A stretch of DNA of 64,000 nt from assembly GCA_020627945.1 (NCBI GenBank), contig JAHDFW010000003.1, positions 7,599 to 71,598 on the forward strand, given 5' to 3'. Position numbers and translations under genes: made by a program. The notes under the pieces were generated by a model. It worked only from the letters and a program-made list of their open reading frames with translations. It was not told the origin of the DNA and ran no database searches. This DNA comes from Cytophagales bacterium (GTDB lineage: Bacteria; Bacteroidota; Bacteroidia; Cytophagales; JAHDFW01). Positions 55,401 through 63,680 of this stretch are shown one piece after another. Position 1 is the first letter of the stretch, and each line of letters opens with the position of its first letter.

Positions 55401-57184
55401 GGGATAATATTTGTTTTGGAGATACCATACAATTTGCTGATTCTTCATCTAAGGCCGAAAACGACACTACTTTAGATCCAATGGTTTCATGGCATTGGGA
55501 CTTTGGAGATGGGCAAACTTCAACGTTGAGAAACCCGCTACATACATATGCTATTCTAGGGTCTTACAATGTTCAACTAACTATTGCAACCAATAAAAAT
55601 TGTATTGACTCATTAACCAGAGTGCTAAATATTCGACCAGTGATAAGTTCTTATCCTTATTTCGAAGATTTTGAAAATGGAGACGGAAACTGGGTGCCTG
55701 GTATTGTACCCGAATCTTTCGCAGATACTTCTACTTGGATTATGGGGATTCAAGACGCTCCTTATTTTAGTGATGTTGCTACTGGTAACCACTCCTACTA
55801 TACTTCAGCGGACACTAATGTAGCTGGTGAACATTCGTACGTGGATGGTGTATGTTTTGATCTCAGTTCTCTGCAACGCCCCATGATTGTGTTTGATATA
55901 AAAACAAATATGAGTGCAGGTGTAGATGGAGCAAATCTTCAATATTCCATTGACAATGCTGTAACATGGCAAAACTTGGGTGAATTAGAAACAGGAATCA
56001 ATTGGTATGATCATGAAGCAATTGGTGGTCAACCTGGCGGCGAACTTAAAGGATGGTCTCTTGAATCAGATTCTTCATGGAGAGAAGCAAGGCATAGTCT
56101 TGATTCTGTAGCAGGTTTAACGGATGTTAAATTCAGGTTTGCTTTTAGTACCTCTCCTAACTCTGTATCTCTTGGAGAAGGTTTTGCCTTTGATAACATT
56201 TGGATCGGAGAAAGAACCAGAATGGTGCTCTATGAACACTTTACTAACTCATCAAGTTCTGCATCTACTTTAAGTGATGATGTAGTTGATAACGTTGTTA
56301 GTAATAATCCACTGGATGTTGTTGATGTGCAATATCACATTTCTAGTGCACTTGGTCCAGATCCTATGTATGAGGACAATTCAGCCGACGCAAGTGCGAG
56401 AAATTTATATTATGGGATACTTGAACCTTCCTTAGGAGTTATGGATGGTAATCAATATCAAGCGTTAAGTGCACAATGGAACGAAAAAATCATGACGAGA
56501 CGGTCATTGGCAGATGCTGAATTTGACATTGCTATTCTAGCCGATATCAATGGTGAGCAAAGCGTGAATGTTACCCCAACTATAACATCTCGTTTTGACC
56601 AACCCGAAAGGAACTTAACGGTACACATAATGGTGGTGGAAAAAGAAATTACTGAGCTTACAGGTCTTAATGGTGATAACAGCTTCAGAAGTGTAATGAA
56701 ACAAATGCTGCCTGATGCAACGGGAACCAAGTTTATCAAATCCTGGAATCAAGATGAATCAACTTCTTTTACTGAAGGATGGACTTATAATCAGTCGTTC
56801 TATGGTGATCAGTCGCAAATGAGAGTAATCGTATGCATTCAAGATAACGACACAAAAGAAATTCTTCAAACCAATTTTACTGAGAGCTTTGTTAACTCTA
56901 CAGGAGTTTCTTCCAATCTTGAAGACAAGTTAGTTTTTGGTTGGTTTCCTAACCCTGCACAACAAAACGCTACTTTGTTATTCGGAGAACCAGTAAAAAC
57001 CAATGACTTATTGGTAGAAGTCTATTCGTTACAAGGTCAAAGAGTTCATGTAGAGAATATCTTGAAAGGTGCTAACAAAATCCCAATTAACGTTGGCAAC
57101 TGGAGTAATGGTTTGTACGTGGTTCGTGTTCGAAATACTTCTGGTAACAACCTTGGCCAAAAACAAATTGTTGTGAGTCATTAA
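52403..57184 (+). CDS. Giant (1593 aa) T9SS-sorted adhesin-like surface protein, paralog B
   Basis: Signal peptide 'MIRNKLLIVTLLVTLFSVITRGQ'. The domain order matches paralog A with fewer ~80-aa modules. The C-terminal ~750 aa align with paralog A by eye at roughly half identity (e.g. 'WDNICFGDTIQF(S/A)DSS', 'SLTR(I/V)L(D/N)IRPV'). C-terminus 'FGWFPNPAQQNATLLF...GLYVVRV'. Confidence 0.85.
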   Translation: MIRNKLLIVTLLVTLFSVITRGQTHVSIPYFEGWEGSTFPAWTITSSDPGEALLGLTTTGGPNSGNVHLVMSVNNDNNINTNEAWMHLDLTGDTAVNLEFWWKDIGDDDNATDGIYFSDNAGASFQKVYDLVPESFSDDVYRQVVLNLDSLAADAGLTLNDQFVVKFQQTDDDNLTGGSSDGFYFDDIFTYRRSGSLSPGGIMVSAGDSICSGISTSIVIDELFPVTGGAGTVYTYFWQSSEDLLNWSNFGGTSPNPDTTFNASLTTTTYYRRGITTDAGEGPSYSSPIAIHVDQGSLVTVFTADTQICANNVVDIFGFPQDANGTFTGSPDITDNGDGTATFSPSGSGMTTIYYTYTNASGCDATDSVIFNISSLPIVSFTGLPSSTFTTSSASQLSGVPSGGVFLGSGISDTAFYPQIAGEGSHDISYTYTDPVTGCSDTTGDETINVINGLSESIVGLATSYCIDNNDTIALVGVPKSGWATVGFVAYPNMTPIISQSGNNAEFVPSRANVNTPYEVYFKFSQVQPQLCGLSLCLVTVYDSVLATTFVHSLPVLNVPGLASKYCQNDAPISLEGIYSTSTSFIDTTTTGFTNNDAGAFSGVDNNILTPANASPGVLTVTYSITDANSCSNSVQRFVQIDTVPVVQLVAQDSTLCGDAPFDTLVGTPAPSAGFTAFFNGVSLFNTGAPLNNTVYFNPNNVITDSIYPIRYTFIDGNGCRNSDTVDILVNSLPIPSFVGLNDDVICGDEAAITLTGNFATGVFSTGNLADDSAKGLIDNGDGTALLDPSFALQDSTHSLTFYYFDPVTGCDNDTTKFVTYSSLPILTFVNGLDSIYCVEDPKVSLKTSTNQNNGNTWFNGVGASKIDFTTGEFVPSSADTGLHIVEFEQINKDGCQAFVYDTTLVISMPEVGFTVSGFCNNDTVRFTDTTYTNIHDTITSWVWNYGNGISGDSVQNGATWYINGNRYDITLSVNTVQGCAKSYTLQDTIGSPPIMDFVWDNICFGDTIQFADSSSKAENDTTLDPMVSWHWDFGDGQTSTLRNPLHTYAILGSYNVQLTIATNKNCIDSLTRVLNIRPVISSYPYFEDFENGDGNWVPGIVPESFADTSTWIMGIQDAPYFSDVATGNHSYYTSADTNVAGEHSYVDGVCFDLSSLQRPMIVFDIKTNMSAGVDGANLQYSIDNAVTWQNLGELETGINWYDHEAIGGQPGGELKGWSLESDSSWREARHSLDSVAGLTDVKFRFAFSTSPNSVSLGEGFAFDNIWIGERTRMVLYEHFTNSSSSASTLSDDVVDNVVSNNPLDVVDVQYHISSALGPDPMYEDNSADASARNLYYGILEPSLGVMDGNQYQALSAQWNEKIMTRRSLADAEFDIAILADINGEQSVNVTPTITSRFDQPERNLTVHIMVVEKEITELTGLNGDNSFRSVMKQMLPDATGTKFIKSWNQDESTSFTEGWTYNQSFYGDQSQMRVIVCIQDNDTKEILQTNFTESFVNSTGVSSNLEDKLVFGWFPNPAQQNATLLFGEPVKTNDLLVEVYSLQGQRVHVENILKGANKIPINVGNWSNGLYVVRVRNTSGNNLGQKQIVVSH

Positions 57185-57213
57185 TTAGAACTTTGTCCAA
57201 CACTGACTTCTTG

Positions 57214-57249
57214 TTTTGTTTTAATATTATTAAATAATATTAAACAAAG
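57214..57249. repeat. AT-only palindrome just after the giant-gene array (possible weak terminator or operator)
   Basis: ttaatattatt-a-aataatattaa (57221-57243) is a perfect 11-bp inverted repeat. It extends to ~15 bp if one bulge is allowed. Confidence 0.35.
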
Positions 57250-57397
57250 TGAACCTATTAGTTGATTTTAGGGTTTTATCCTGAAACAATCATACAAAGG
57301 TGTTTTGGCGTATTATATTTATTGTTATTTTTACAATAAGTGTCGCATTACAGTGTCCTTATTGGTGTGGATTGTTTTTTAAATGGAAATTAAACCT

Positions 57398-57405
57398 TAC
57401 TTTTG
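57398..57405 (+). promoter_or_regulatory. Candidate -7 box (TActTTTG) for korAB (and possibly pdh)
   Basis: 'tacttttg', 33 nt upstream of the ATG at 57439. 'attg' lies ~23 nt upstream. Confidence 0.45.
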
Positions 57406-57438
57406 CACCCGAAAAAATCGGTCTAAACCGTTTAAATA

Positions 57439-59271
57439 ATGACAAACAGTACAAAAGAATTAGATAAAGTTGTAATCAAGTTCGTTGGAGATTCCGGAGA
57501 CGGGATGCAACTTACTGGTTCACAATTTACCGATACGTCTGCTTTATTTGGCAACGACCTTGCGACTTATCCTGACTACCCTGCAGAAATCAGAGCTCCT
57601 CAAGGAACTGTAGCTGGAGTATCTGGATTTCAAGTTCACATTGGGCATACCAGAATTCATAATCCAGGGGACAACCCAGATGTTCTGGTTTGTATGAATG
57701 CAGCCGCACTTCTGGCTAACCTTAGCTTAATAGAAGCCGGTAAAACAATTATCGTAGATACGGACAGTTTTAAACAGAGAGACTGCGAAAAAGCAGGTTG
57801 GGAAGGAAACCCTCTTGAAGATGGAACTTTAGATTCATACAACCTAGTTGAAGCGCCAATTACTTCTCTTACCAGAGAAGCCTTAAAAGAAACTGGAATG
57901 GAACGTAAACATGTGGAGCGTTCCAAAAACATGTTTGCTTTGGGAATGGTATATTTCATGTTCAACCGTCCTATGAAATATACGGAGTCGTTCCTTGAGC
58001 AAAAGTTTGCATCAAAACCGGATTTAATCAATGCTAATAAATTGGCTTTGAGAGCTGGATATAACTTTGCAATTACCATTGAGGCTATTTCCTCGACTTA
58101 CTCTGTAGCTCCAGCGAAAATGGAACCAGGTGTTTATAGAAACATCATGGGTAACGTCGCAACGGCATGGGGCTTCTTAGCTGCCTCAGAAAAATCTGGA
58201 AGAAAGTTATTTTTGGGTTCCTACCCTATTACACCTGCTTCTGATATTCTTCATGAATTAGCCAAGTACAAACATTTCGGGTGCAGAGCATTTCAAGCAG
58301 AAGATGAAATTGCCAGTGTATGTGCCGCTATTGGGGCAAGTTATGCTGGTAATCTAGCCATTACTACTACTTCTGGACCTGGGCTTGCACTTAAAGGCGA
58401 AGCTATTGGACTAGCAGTTTCAACAGAGTTGCCACTTGTAATTGTTAATGTTCAGCGTGGTGGACCTTCTACAGGTTTACCTACAAAAACCGAACAATCA
58501 GATTTATTACAGGCTCTTTACGGACGTAATGGAGAGAGCCCTGTTCCGGTAATTGCTCCTAGCACACCTAATAATTGCTTTGACTATGCGTTTCAGGCAT
58601 CTAAAATTGCCCTAGAACATATGACTCCTGTGCTTTTGTTATCTGATGGATATTTGGGTAATGGGGCTGGACCATGGAAAATTAAATCCACAGCGGAACT
58701 TGCAGATATTAACCCTCCTATTGTAGAAGAAGGAACGGAAAACTGGATGCCTTTCGAAAGAGATGAAAAAGGCGTACGTGGTTGGGCAGTTCCAGGAACA
58801 CCAGGACTTGAACACCGTGTGGGTGGATTGGAAAAACAAAATATCACTGGAAACGTTTCCTACGATCCAGAAAATCATGAACTGATGTGTCAGTTACGTG
58901 CAGATAAAATTGAAAAAATCGCTGACTTTATTCCAGAACAAACGATCCATGGTAATCAAAAAGGAAAACTACTGGTTGTAGGTTGGGGAGGAACGTATGG
59001 AAGTTTATTGGATGCAGTAGATTCGGTATTACTAGAAGGAGAAAGTATTGGTCTAGCACACTTCAATTACATCAATCCGTTACCAAAAAACACTAGAGAA
59101 ATATTCGAGCAATTCGAACATGTACTAGTTTGTGAATTGAACTTAGGGCAGTTCGTAAAATATCTTGGTGGAACATTCCAAGACCTTACGTTTGAGCAAT
59201 ACAACAAAGTGAAAGGTAAACCTTTCGGAGTTGGTGAACTAACTGAGGAATTTAGAAAGTACTTAAAATAA
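57439..59271 (+). CDS. korA: 2-oxoglutarate/2-oxoacid:ferredoxin oxidoreductase, alpha (fused gamma-alpha) subunit
   Basis: 610 aa. 'IKFVGDSGDGMQLTG', 'YPDYPAEIRAP', 'GSYPITPASDILHEL', 'TTSGPGLALK'. Confidence 0.9.
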   Translation: MTNSTKELDKVVIKFVGDSGDGMQLTGSQFTDTSALFGNDLATYPDYPAEIRAPQGTVAGVSGFQVHIGHTRIHNPGDNPDVLVCMNAAALLANLSLIEAGKTIIVDTDSFKQRDCEKAGWEGNPLEDGTLDSYNLVEAPITSLTREALKETGMERKHVERSKNMFALGMVYFMFNRPMKYTESFLEQKFASKPDLINANKLALRAGYNFAITIEAISSTYSVAPAKMEPGVYRNIMGNVATAWGFLAASEKSGRKLFLGSYPITPASDILHELAKYKHFGCRAFQAEDEIASVCAAIGASYAGNLAITTTSGPGLALKGEAIGLAVSTELPLVIVNVQRGGPSTGLPTKTEQSDLLQALYGRNGESPVPVIAPSTPNNCFDYAFQASKIALEHMTPVLLLSDGYLGNGAGPWKIKSTAELADINPPIVEEGTENWMPFERDEKGVRGWAVPGTPGLEHRVGGLEKQNITGNVSYDPENHELMCQLRADKIEKIADFIPEQTIHGNQKGKLLVVGWGGTYGSLLDAVDSVLLEGESIGLAHFNYINPLPKNTREIFEQFEHVLVCELNLGQFVKYLGGTFQDLTFEQYNKVKGKPFGVGELTEEFRKYLK

Positions 59272-59282
59272 ATTGAACCATT

Positions 59283-60299
59283 ATGGCTGAAGTAGCTGAA
59301 TATACATACAAAGATTTTGCTAGCGATCAGGAGGTTCGTTGGTGCCCAGGATGTGGTGATTACGCCATTCTAAGAGCCATTCAAAAAGCTCTTCCAGAAC
59401 TTGGTAGGAAAAAAGAAGATTTTCTATTCATTTCTGGAATTGGATGCTCGTCACGTTTTCCTTATTACATGAATACCTATGGAATGCACTCTTTACATGG
59501 AAGAGCTCCTGCATTCGCTACGGGTATGAAAATAGCTAACCCTGAATTAAGCGTTTGGCAAATTACTGGAGATGGTGACGCTTTAGCAATAGGGGGAAAT
59601 CACTTCATACATGCACTTAGAAGAAACATTGACATTAACATTCTGCTTTTCAACAACGAAATTTACGGTCTTACGAAAGGTCAATTTTCTCCAACAAGTG
59701 AGCAAGGAATTAAAACCAAGTCATCTCCTCAAGGATCTTTGGACACTCCTTTTATTCCAGGTGAACTAGTTCTTGGTGCAAGAGGAAGATTTTTCGCTCG
59801 TGTAGTTGACACCGATCCTAAGCACATGACTCAAATATTCATTGAATCAGAACAATTTCGAGGCACTTCCATGATTGAAATCCTACAAAACTGTGTGATA
59901 TTCAATGACAAAACTCATGCAGCAATTACTGCAAGAGACACTCGTGATGAATTCCAACTTCACCTTGAACATGGTAAGCCAATGATCTTTGGAAAAGAAA
60001 AAAACAAAGGTCTTGTTCTTAATGGGTTTAAATTAGAAGTAGTTACCATAGGAGAAAATGGAATTACTGAAGAAGATATTTTGGTTCACGATGCACATGA
60101 AGAGGACACTACTTTACATTCGATGTTAATTCGAATGAAAGCTCCAGAATTCCCTGTTGCTTTGGGAGTTATAAGAGCGGTTAAGGGTGAAACTTACAAT
60201 AACCTTGTAGAGGAACAAGTGGAGCAAGTTCGTGCCGCATCAAAATTTAATAACGTAGATGATCTACTTTTTAGTGGAGAAACGTGGGAAATTAGTTAA
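59283..60299 (+). CDS. korB: 2-oxoglutarate/2-oxoacid:ferredoxin oxidoreductase, beta (TPP) subunit
   Basis: 338 aa. 'WCPGCGDYAIL', 'SGIGCSSRFPYY', 'GDGDALAIGGNH', 'NNEIYGLTKGQ'. Confidence 0.9.
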   Translation: MAEVAEYTYKDFASDQEVRWCPGCGDYAILRAIQKALPELGRKKEDFLFISGIGCSSRFPYYMNTYGMHSLHGRAPAFATGMKIANPELSVWQITGDGDALAIGGNHFIHALRRNIDINILLFNNEIYGLTKGQFSPTSEQGIKTKSSPQGSLDTPFIPGELVLGARGRFFARVVDTDPKHMTQIFIESEQFRGTSMIEILQNCVIFNDKTHAAITARDTRDEFQLHLEHGKPMIFGKEKNKGLVLNGFKLEVVTIGENGITEEDILVHDAHEEDTTLHSMLIRMKAPEFPVALGVIRAVKGETYNNLVEEQVEQVRAASKFNNVDDLLFSGETWEIS

Positions 60300-60389
60300 A
60301 TTTGAGGCCTAATTTGTCTAAATCGTTTAAAAACGAGTATTCAAAGCGGGTTTTAGCAAGAGATTACAAACAATATTGCGCAATACATT

Positions 60390-61391
60390 ATGGCTGCAAA
60401 AACTAAATACAGTAAAAAAACGTATATCGACTGGTACAAAATGATGCTTTTGGCCAGAAGATTTGAAGAAAAATGTGGTCACTTATATGTTCAGCAAAAA
60501 TTTGGAGGTTTCTGTCACTTATACATAGGGCAAGAAGCTATTCTAGCTGGATTGATGAGTGGTATCGAAAAAGACGACAAGGTAGTAAGTGCGTATAGAT
60601 GTCACGTACAACCTATGGCACTTGGTACTGATCCAAAACGAATCATGGCTGAACTTTACGGAAAAACTACAGGAGTAGTGAAAGGTAAAGGTGGTTCCAT
60701 GCACATGTTCGACAAAGAAGTAGGCTACTTTGGTGGTCACGGAATTGTTGGTGGACAAATCGGATTAGGAGCTGGAATCGGTTTCGCTGAGAAGTATAAG
60801 GGAACAAAAAACGTATGTCTTTGTTTCATGGGTGACGGTGCTACACGTCAGGGAATGTTACATGAAGTATTCAATATGTCGATGCTTTGGAAAATCCCTA
60901 CTATTTTCATCGTAGAAAACAACCGTTATTCAATGGGTACTTCTGTTGAAAGAACAACTAATGTTCATGACCTATCTAAGTTAGGCTTATCTTATGACAT
61001 GCCTTCTGAAACAGTTGATGGAATGGATCCTGAAGCAGTTACAGATGCTTTCAAAAAATGGGCAAAACACTGTAGAGCTGGAAAAGGACCTGTTCTTCTT
61101 AACGTTGAAACGTATAGATACAAAGGACATTCAATGTCTGACCCTCAAAAATATCGTACTAAAGACGAAGTTGAGAAGATGAAGAAGGAGGATCCGATTG
61201 AGCAAGTATTGAGTATTATTCGTAAGAATAAATTCATGACAGAAAAGCAAATTGAGCAAGTAGAAGCTGACGTGAAACAAGAAGTAGCAGAATGCGTGAA
61301 ATTTGCTGAAGATTCACCTCTTCCAAATGCAGAAACGGATTTGCACGAAGACGTGTACACACAAGAAGATTATCCATTTATCATAGAATAA
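60390..61391 (+). CDS. pdhA: Pyruvate dehydrogenase E1 component alpha subunit
   Basis: 333 aa. 'GFCHLYIGQEA', 'GKGGSMHMF', TPP motif 'GDGATRQGMLHEVFNMSMLWKIPTIFIVENNRYSMGT', 'YRYKGHSMSDP'. Confidence 0.9.
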   Translation: MAAKTKYSKKTYIDWYKMMLLARRFEEKCGHLYVQQKFGGFCHLYIGQEAILAGLMSGIEKDDKVVSAYRCHVQPMALGTDPKRIMAELYGKTTGVVKGKGGSMHMFDKEVGYFGGHGIVGGQIGLGAGIGFAEKYKGTKNVCLCFMGDGATRQGMLHEVFNMSMLWKIPTIFIVENNRYSMGTSVERTTNVHDLSKLGLSYDMPSETVDGMDPEAVTDAFKKWAKHCRAGKGPVLLNVETYRYKGHSMSDPQKYRTKDEVEKMKKEDPIEQVLSIIRKNKFMTEKQIEQVEADVKQEVAECVKFAEDSPLPNAETDLHEDVYTQEDYPFIIE

Positions 61392-61402
61392 GAAATTAGA
61401 AA

Positions 61403-62638
61403 ATGGCTGAAATTATAAGAATGCCTAAACTAAGTGATACTATGACCGAAGGTGTAGTATCAGAATGGCATAAAAATGTAGGAGATAGCGTTAAAACGGG
61501 AGATCTCCTAGCTGAAATTGAAACAGACAAAGCGAACATGGAGTTTGAATCTCCTGAAGAAGGAGTTTTGCTTTACGTTGGTTTAGAAGCTGGTGCTGCT
61601 GCTCCAGTTAACTCTGTTTTAGCAATATTAGGAAAGAAAGGAGAAGATGTAGAAGCAATCCTTGCTGCTGAAGGAAATGGAGGCGGTTCAAGTGAAGCTG
61701 CTCCTGCTCCAGAAGAAAAGAAAGAAGAAGCTCCTGCTGCGGCTCCAGTTGCAACTAGCGCACCTGTAGCTAGCGATGGAAGTGTAAAGGCTTCTCCTCT
61801 TGCTAAGAAAATGGCTGCTGAAAAAGGCATCGACCTTTCTGCGGTGCAAGGAACTGGACCTGAGGGTAGAGTAGTTAAAAAGGACATAGAGTCATTTAAA
61901 GGATCTGCTGGAGGTGCAAGAACTGTTGTTCAAGGAAACAGACAAGATGAATCTGTTCCTCACTCAATGATGCGTAAAACTATTGCTAGAAGACTTTCTG
62001 AAAGTAAGTTTACTGCGCCTCACTTCTATTTGACGATGGACATCGACATGGACAATGCTATTCGCGATAGAAAAGCGCTTAATGCTGCATTAGAAGAAGA
62101 TGGTAGAAAAGTATCTTTCAATGACCTTGTGATGAAAGCTTGTGCATTGGCGCTTGTGAAGCATCCTAAAGTGAACTCACAATGGACGGACACGCACATT
62201 GTTTACAAAGGAGATATCAACGTAGGTATGGCTGTAGCTGTTCAGGATGGGCTTGTAGTACCAGTGATTAACCACGCAGACATACTGTCTATTTCAGACA
62301 TGTCTGCTGAATCTAAACAACTTGCTGGTAAAGCTAAAGAAGGTAAGCTTCAACCTGCTGAGATGGATGGAAATACGTTTACGGTTTCTAATCTTGGTAT
62401 GGCAGGAATAGAAAGTTTCACCTCCATTATAAACTCGCCAAGTTCTTGCATCATGGCCGTTGGCGCTATTCGTAACGAACCTGTAGTTAAGAACGGAGAA
62501 ATAGTAGTGGGTAACAAAATGAAAGTAACTCTTTCTTGTGATCACAGAGCCGTTGACGGAGCTGTTGGTTCTGACTTCCTTGGAACCTTTAAGAAAATAA
62601 TGGAAAATCCATTGGTGTATTTCGCAACCATTAACTAA
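61403..62638 (+). CDS. pdhC: Dihydrolipoamide acetyltransferase (E2) of the PDH complex
   Basis: 411 aa. Single lipoyl domain 'LAEIETDKANMEFES'. Ala/Pro linker. E3/E1-binding 'ASPLAKKMAAEKGIDL'. Catalytic 'LSCDHRAVDGAVG'. Confidence 0.9.
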   Translation: MAEIIRMPKLSDTMTEGVVSEWHKNVGDSVKTGDLLAEIETDKANMEFESPEEGVLLYVGLEAGAAAPVNSVLAILGKKGEDVEAILAAEGNGGGSSEAAPAPEEKKEEAPAAAPVATSAPVASDGSVKASPLAKKMAAEKGIDLSAVQGTGPEGRVVKKDIESFKGSAGGARTVVQGNRQDESVPHSMMRKTIARRLSESKFTAPHFYLTMDIDMDNAIRDRKALNAALEEDGRKVSFNDLVMKACALALVKHPKVNSQWTDTHIVYKGDINVGMAVAVQDGLVVPVINHADILSISDMSAESKQLAGKAKEGKLQPAEMDGNTFTVSNLGMAGIESFTSIINSPSSCIMAVGAIRNEPVVKNGEIVVGNKMKVTLSCDHRAVDGAVGSDFLGTFKKIMENPLVYFATIN

Positions 62639-62645
62639 TAAAACC

Positions 62646-63623
62646 ATGAGAGAAATAGCATTCAGACAAGCACTTAATGAAGCAATGTCCGAGGAGATGC
62701 GGACTGACAAAAATATTTACCTCATGGGAGAAGAGGTAGCAGAATACAATGGAGCATACAAAGTTAGTAAAGGCATGTTGGACGAATTTGGTCCAGAACG
62801 TGTGATTGACTCTCCTATTTCTGAGTTAGGTTTTGCAGGTATCGCTGTTGGAGCTTCAATGAACGGACTAAGACCAATCGTTGAGTTCATGACATGGAAC
62901 TTTGCAATTCTTGCAGCTGACCAAATCATTAACCATGCAGCAAAGATGTTGCAAATGTCAGGTGGACAATTCAATTGCCCAATTGTATTTAGAGGTGGTA
63001 ATGGTACTGCTGGACAATTAGCAGCAACTCACTCGCAAAGTTTTGAGCAAATGTACTCTCACATCCCAGGTTTGAAGGTAATTACTCCTTCGAATCCTTA
63101 CGATGCAAAGGGGCTTTTAAAATCTGCAATCCGTGATAATGACCCTGTATTATTTATGGAGTCTGAAAAAATGTACGGGGACAAAGGAGAAGTACCTGAA
63201 GAAGAGTATTTAATTCCAATTGGTAAAGCCAACATCGTTAAAGAAGGTACTGACTGTACAATTGTAACTTTTGGTAAGATTCTTAAAGTAGCTCAAGCTG
63301 CTGCAGAAGAAATGGAAAAAGAAGGACACTCTATTGAGGTGATCGATCTTAGAACTATTCGCCCGATGGATGTTGAGAGTATTGTTAACTCTGTTAAAAA
63401 GACCAACAGACTAGTAGTAGTTGAAGAATCTTTCCCATTTGGTTCAATTTCTACAGAGATCACTTACAATGTGCAAAAGCATGCGTTCGATTATTTAGAT
63501 GCACCAGTAAGAAGAGTAACACAAAGTGACACGCCTTTCCCATTTAGCCCAACTTTATTGGAAGAAGCTGCACCTAATGTTAAGAATGTGATAAGAGCGA
63601 TTAAAGAGGTGATGTACCTATAA
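62646..63623 (+). CDS. pdhB: Pyruvate dehydrogenase E1 component beta subunit
   Basis: 325 aa. 'MGEEVAEYNGAYKVSKG', 'DSPISELGFAGIAVGA', 'EVIDLRTIRPMD'. Confidence 0.9.
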   Translation: MREIAFRQALNEAMSEEMRTDKNIYLMGEEVAEYNGAYKVSKGMLDEFGPERVIDSPISELGFAGIAVGASMNGLRPIVEFMTWNFAILAADQIINHAAKMLQMSGGQFNCPIVFRGGNGTAGQLAATHSQSFEQMYSHIPGLKVITPSNPYDAKGLLKSAIRDNDPVLFMESEKMYGDKGEVPEEEYLIPIGKANIVKEGTDCTIVTFGKILKVAQAAAEEMEKEGHSIEVIDLRTIRPMDVESIVNSVKKTNRLVVVEESFPFGSISTEITYNVQKHAFDYLDAPVRRVTQSDTPFPFSPTLLEEAAPNVKNVIRAIKEVMYL

Positions 63624-63645
63624 AATTTTATAAATCAATTAAGTA

Positions 63646-63680
63646 ATGCCACGTTGAGGAAAATCAGCGTGGCATTTTTG
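63646..63680 (+). terminator. Terminator of the pdhA-pdhC-pdhB operon
   Basis: Stem atgccacgttga/tcagcgtggcat (one mismatch; 63646-63657 / 63664-63675) followed by 'ttttt'. Confidence 0.8.

Noticed and set aside
255-62974. About 45 short ORFs (60-140 aa) in the track that lie antisense to, or out of frame within, larger genes. Examples: 255-551, 2280-2486, 12810-13022, 19181-19594, 36353-36670, 42111-42515, 47494-47811, 57657-58079, 61573-61887, 62294-62710.
   Set aside because: Each is fully embedded in a long ORF with clear family motifs. Their translations are low-complexity (Leu/Ser/Ile/Phe-rich mirror frames) with no recognisable motifs. They are the expected shadow ORFs of AT-rich coding DNA.
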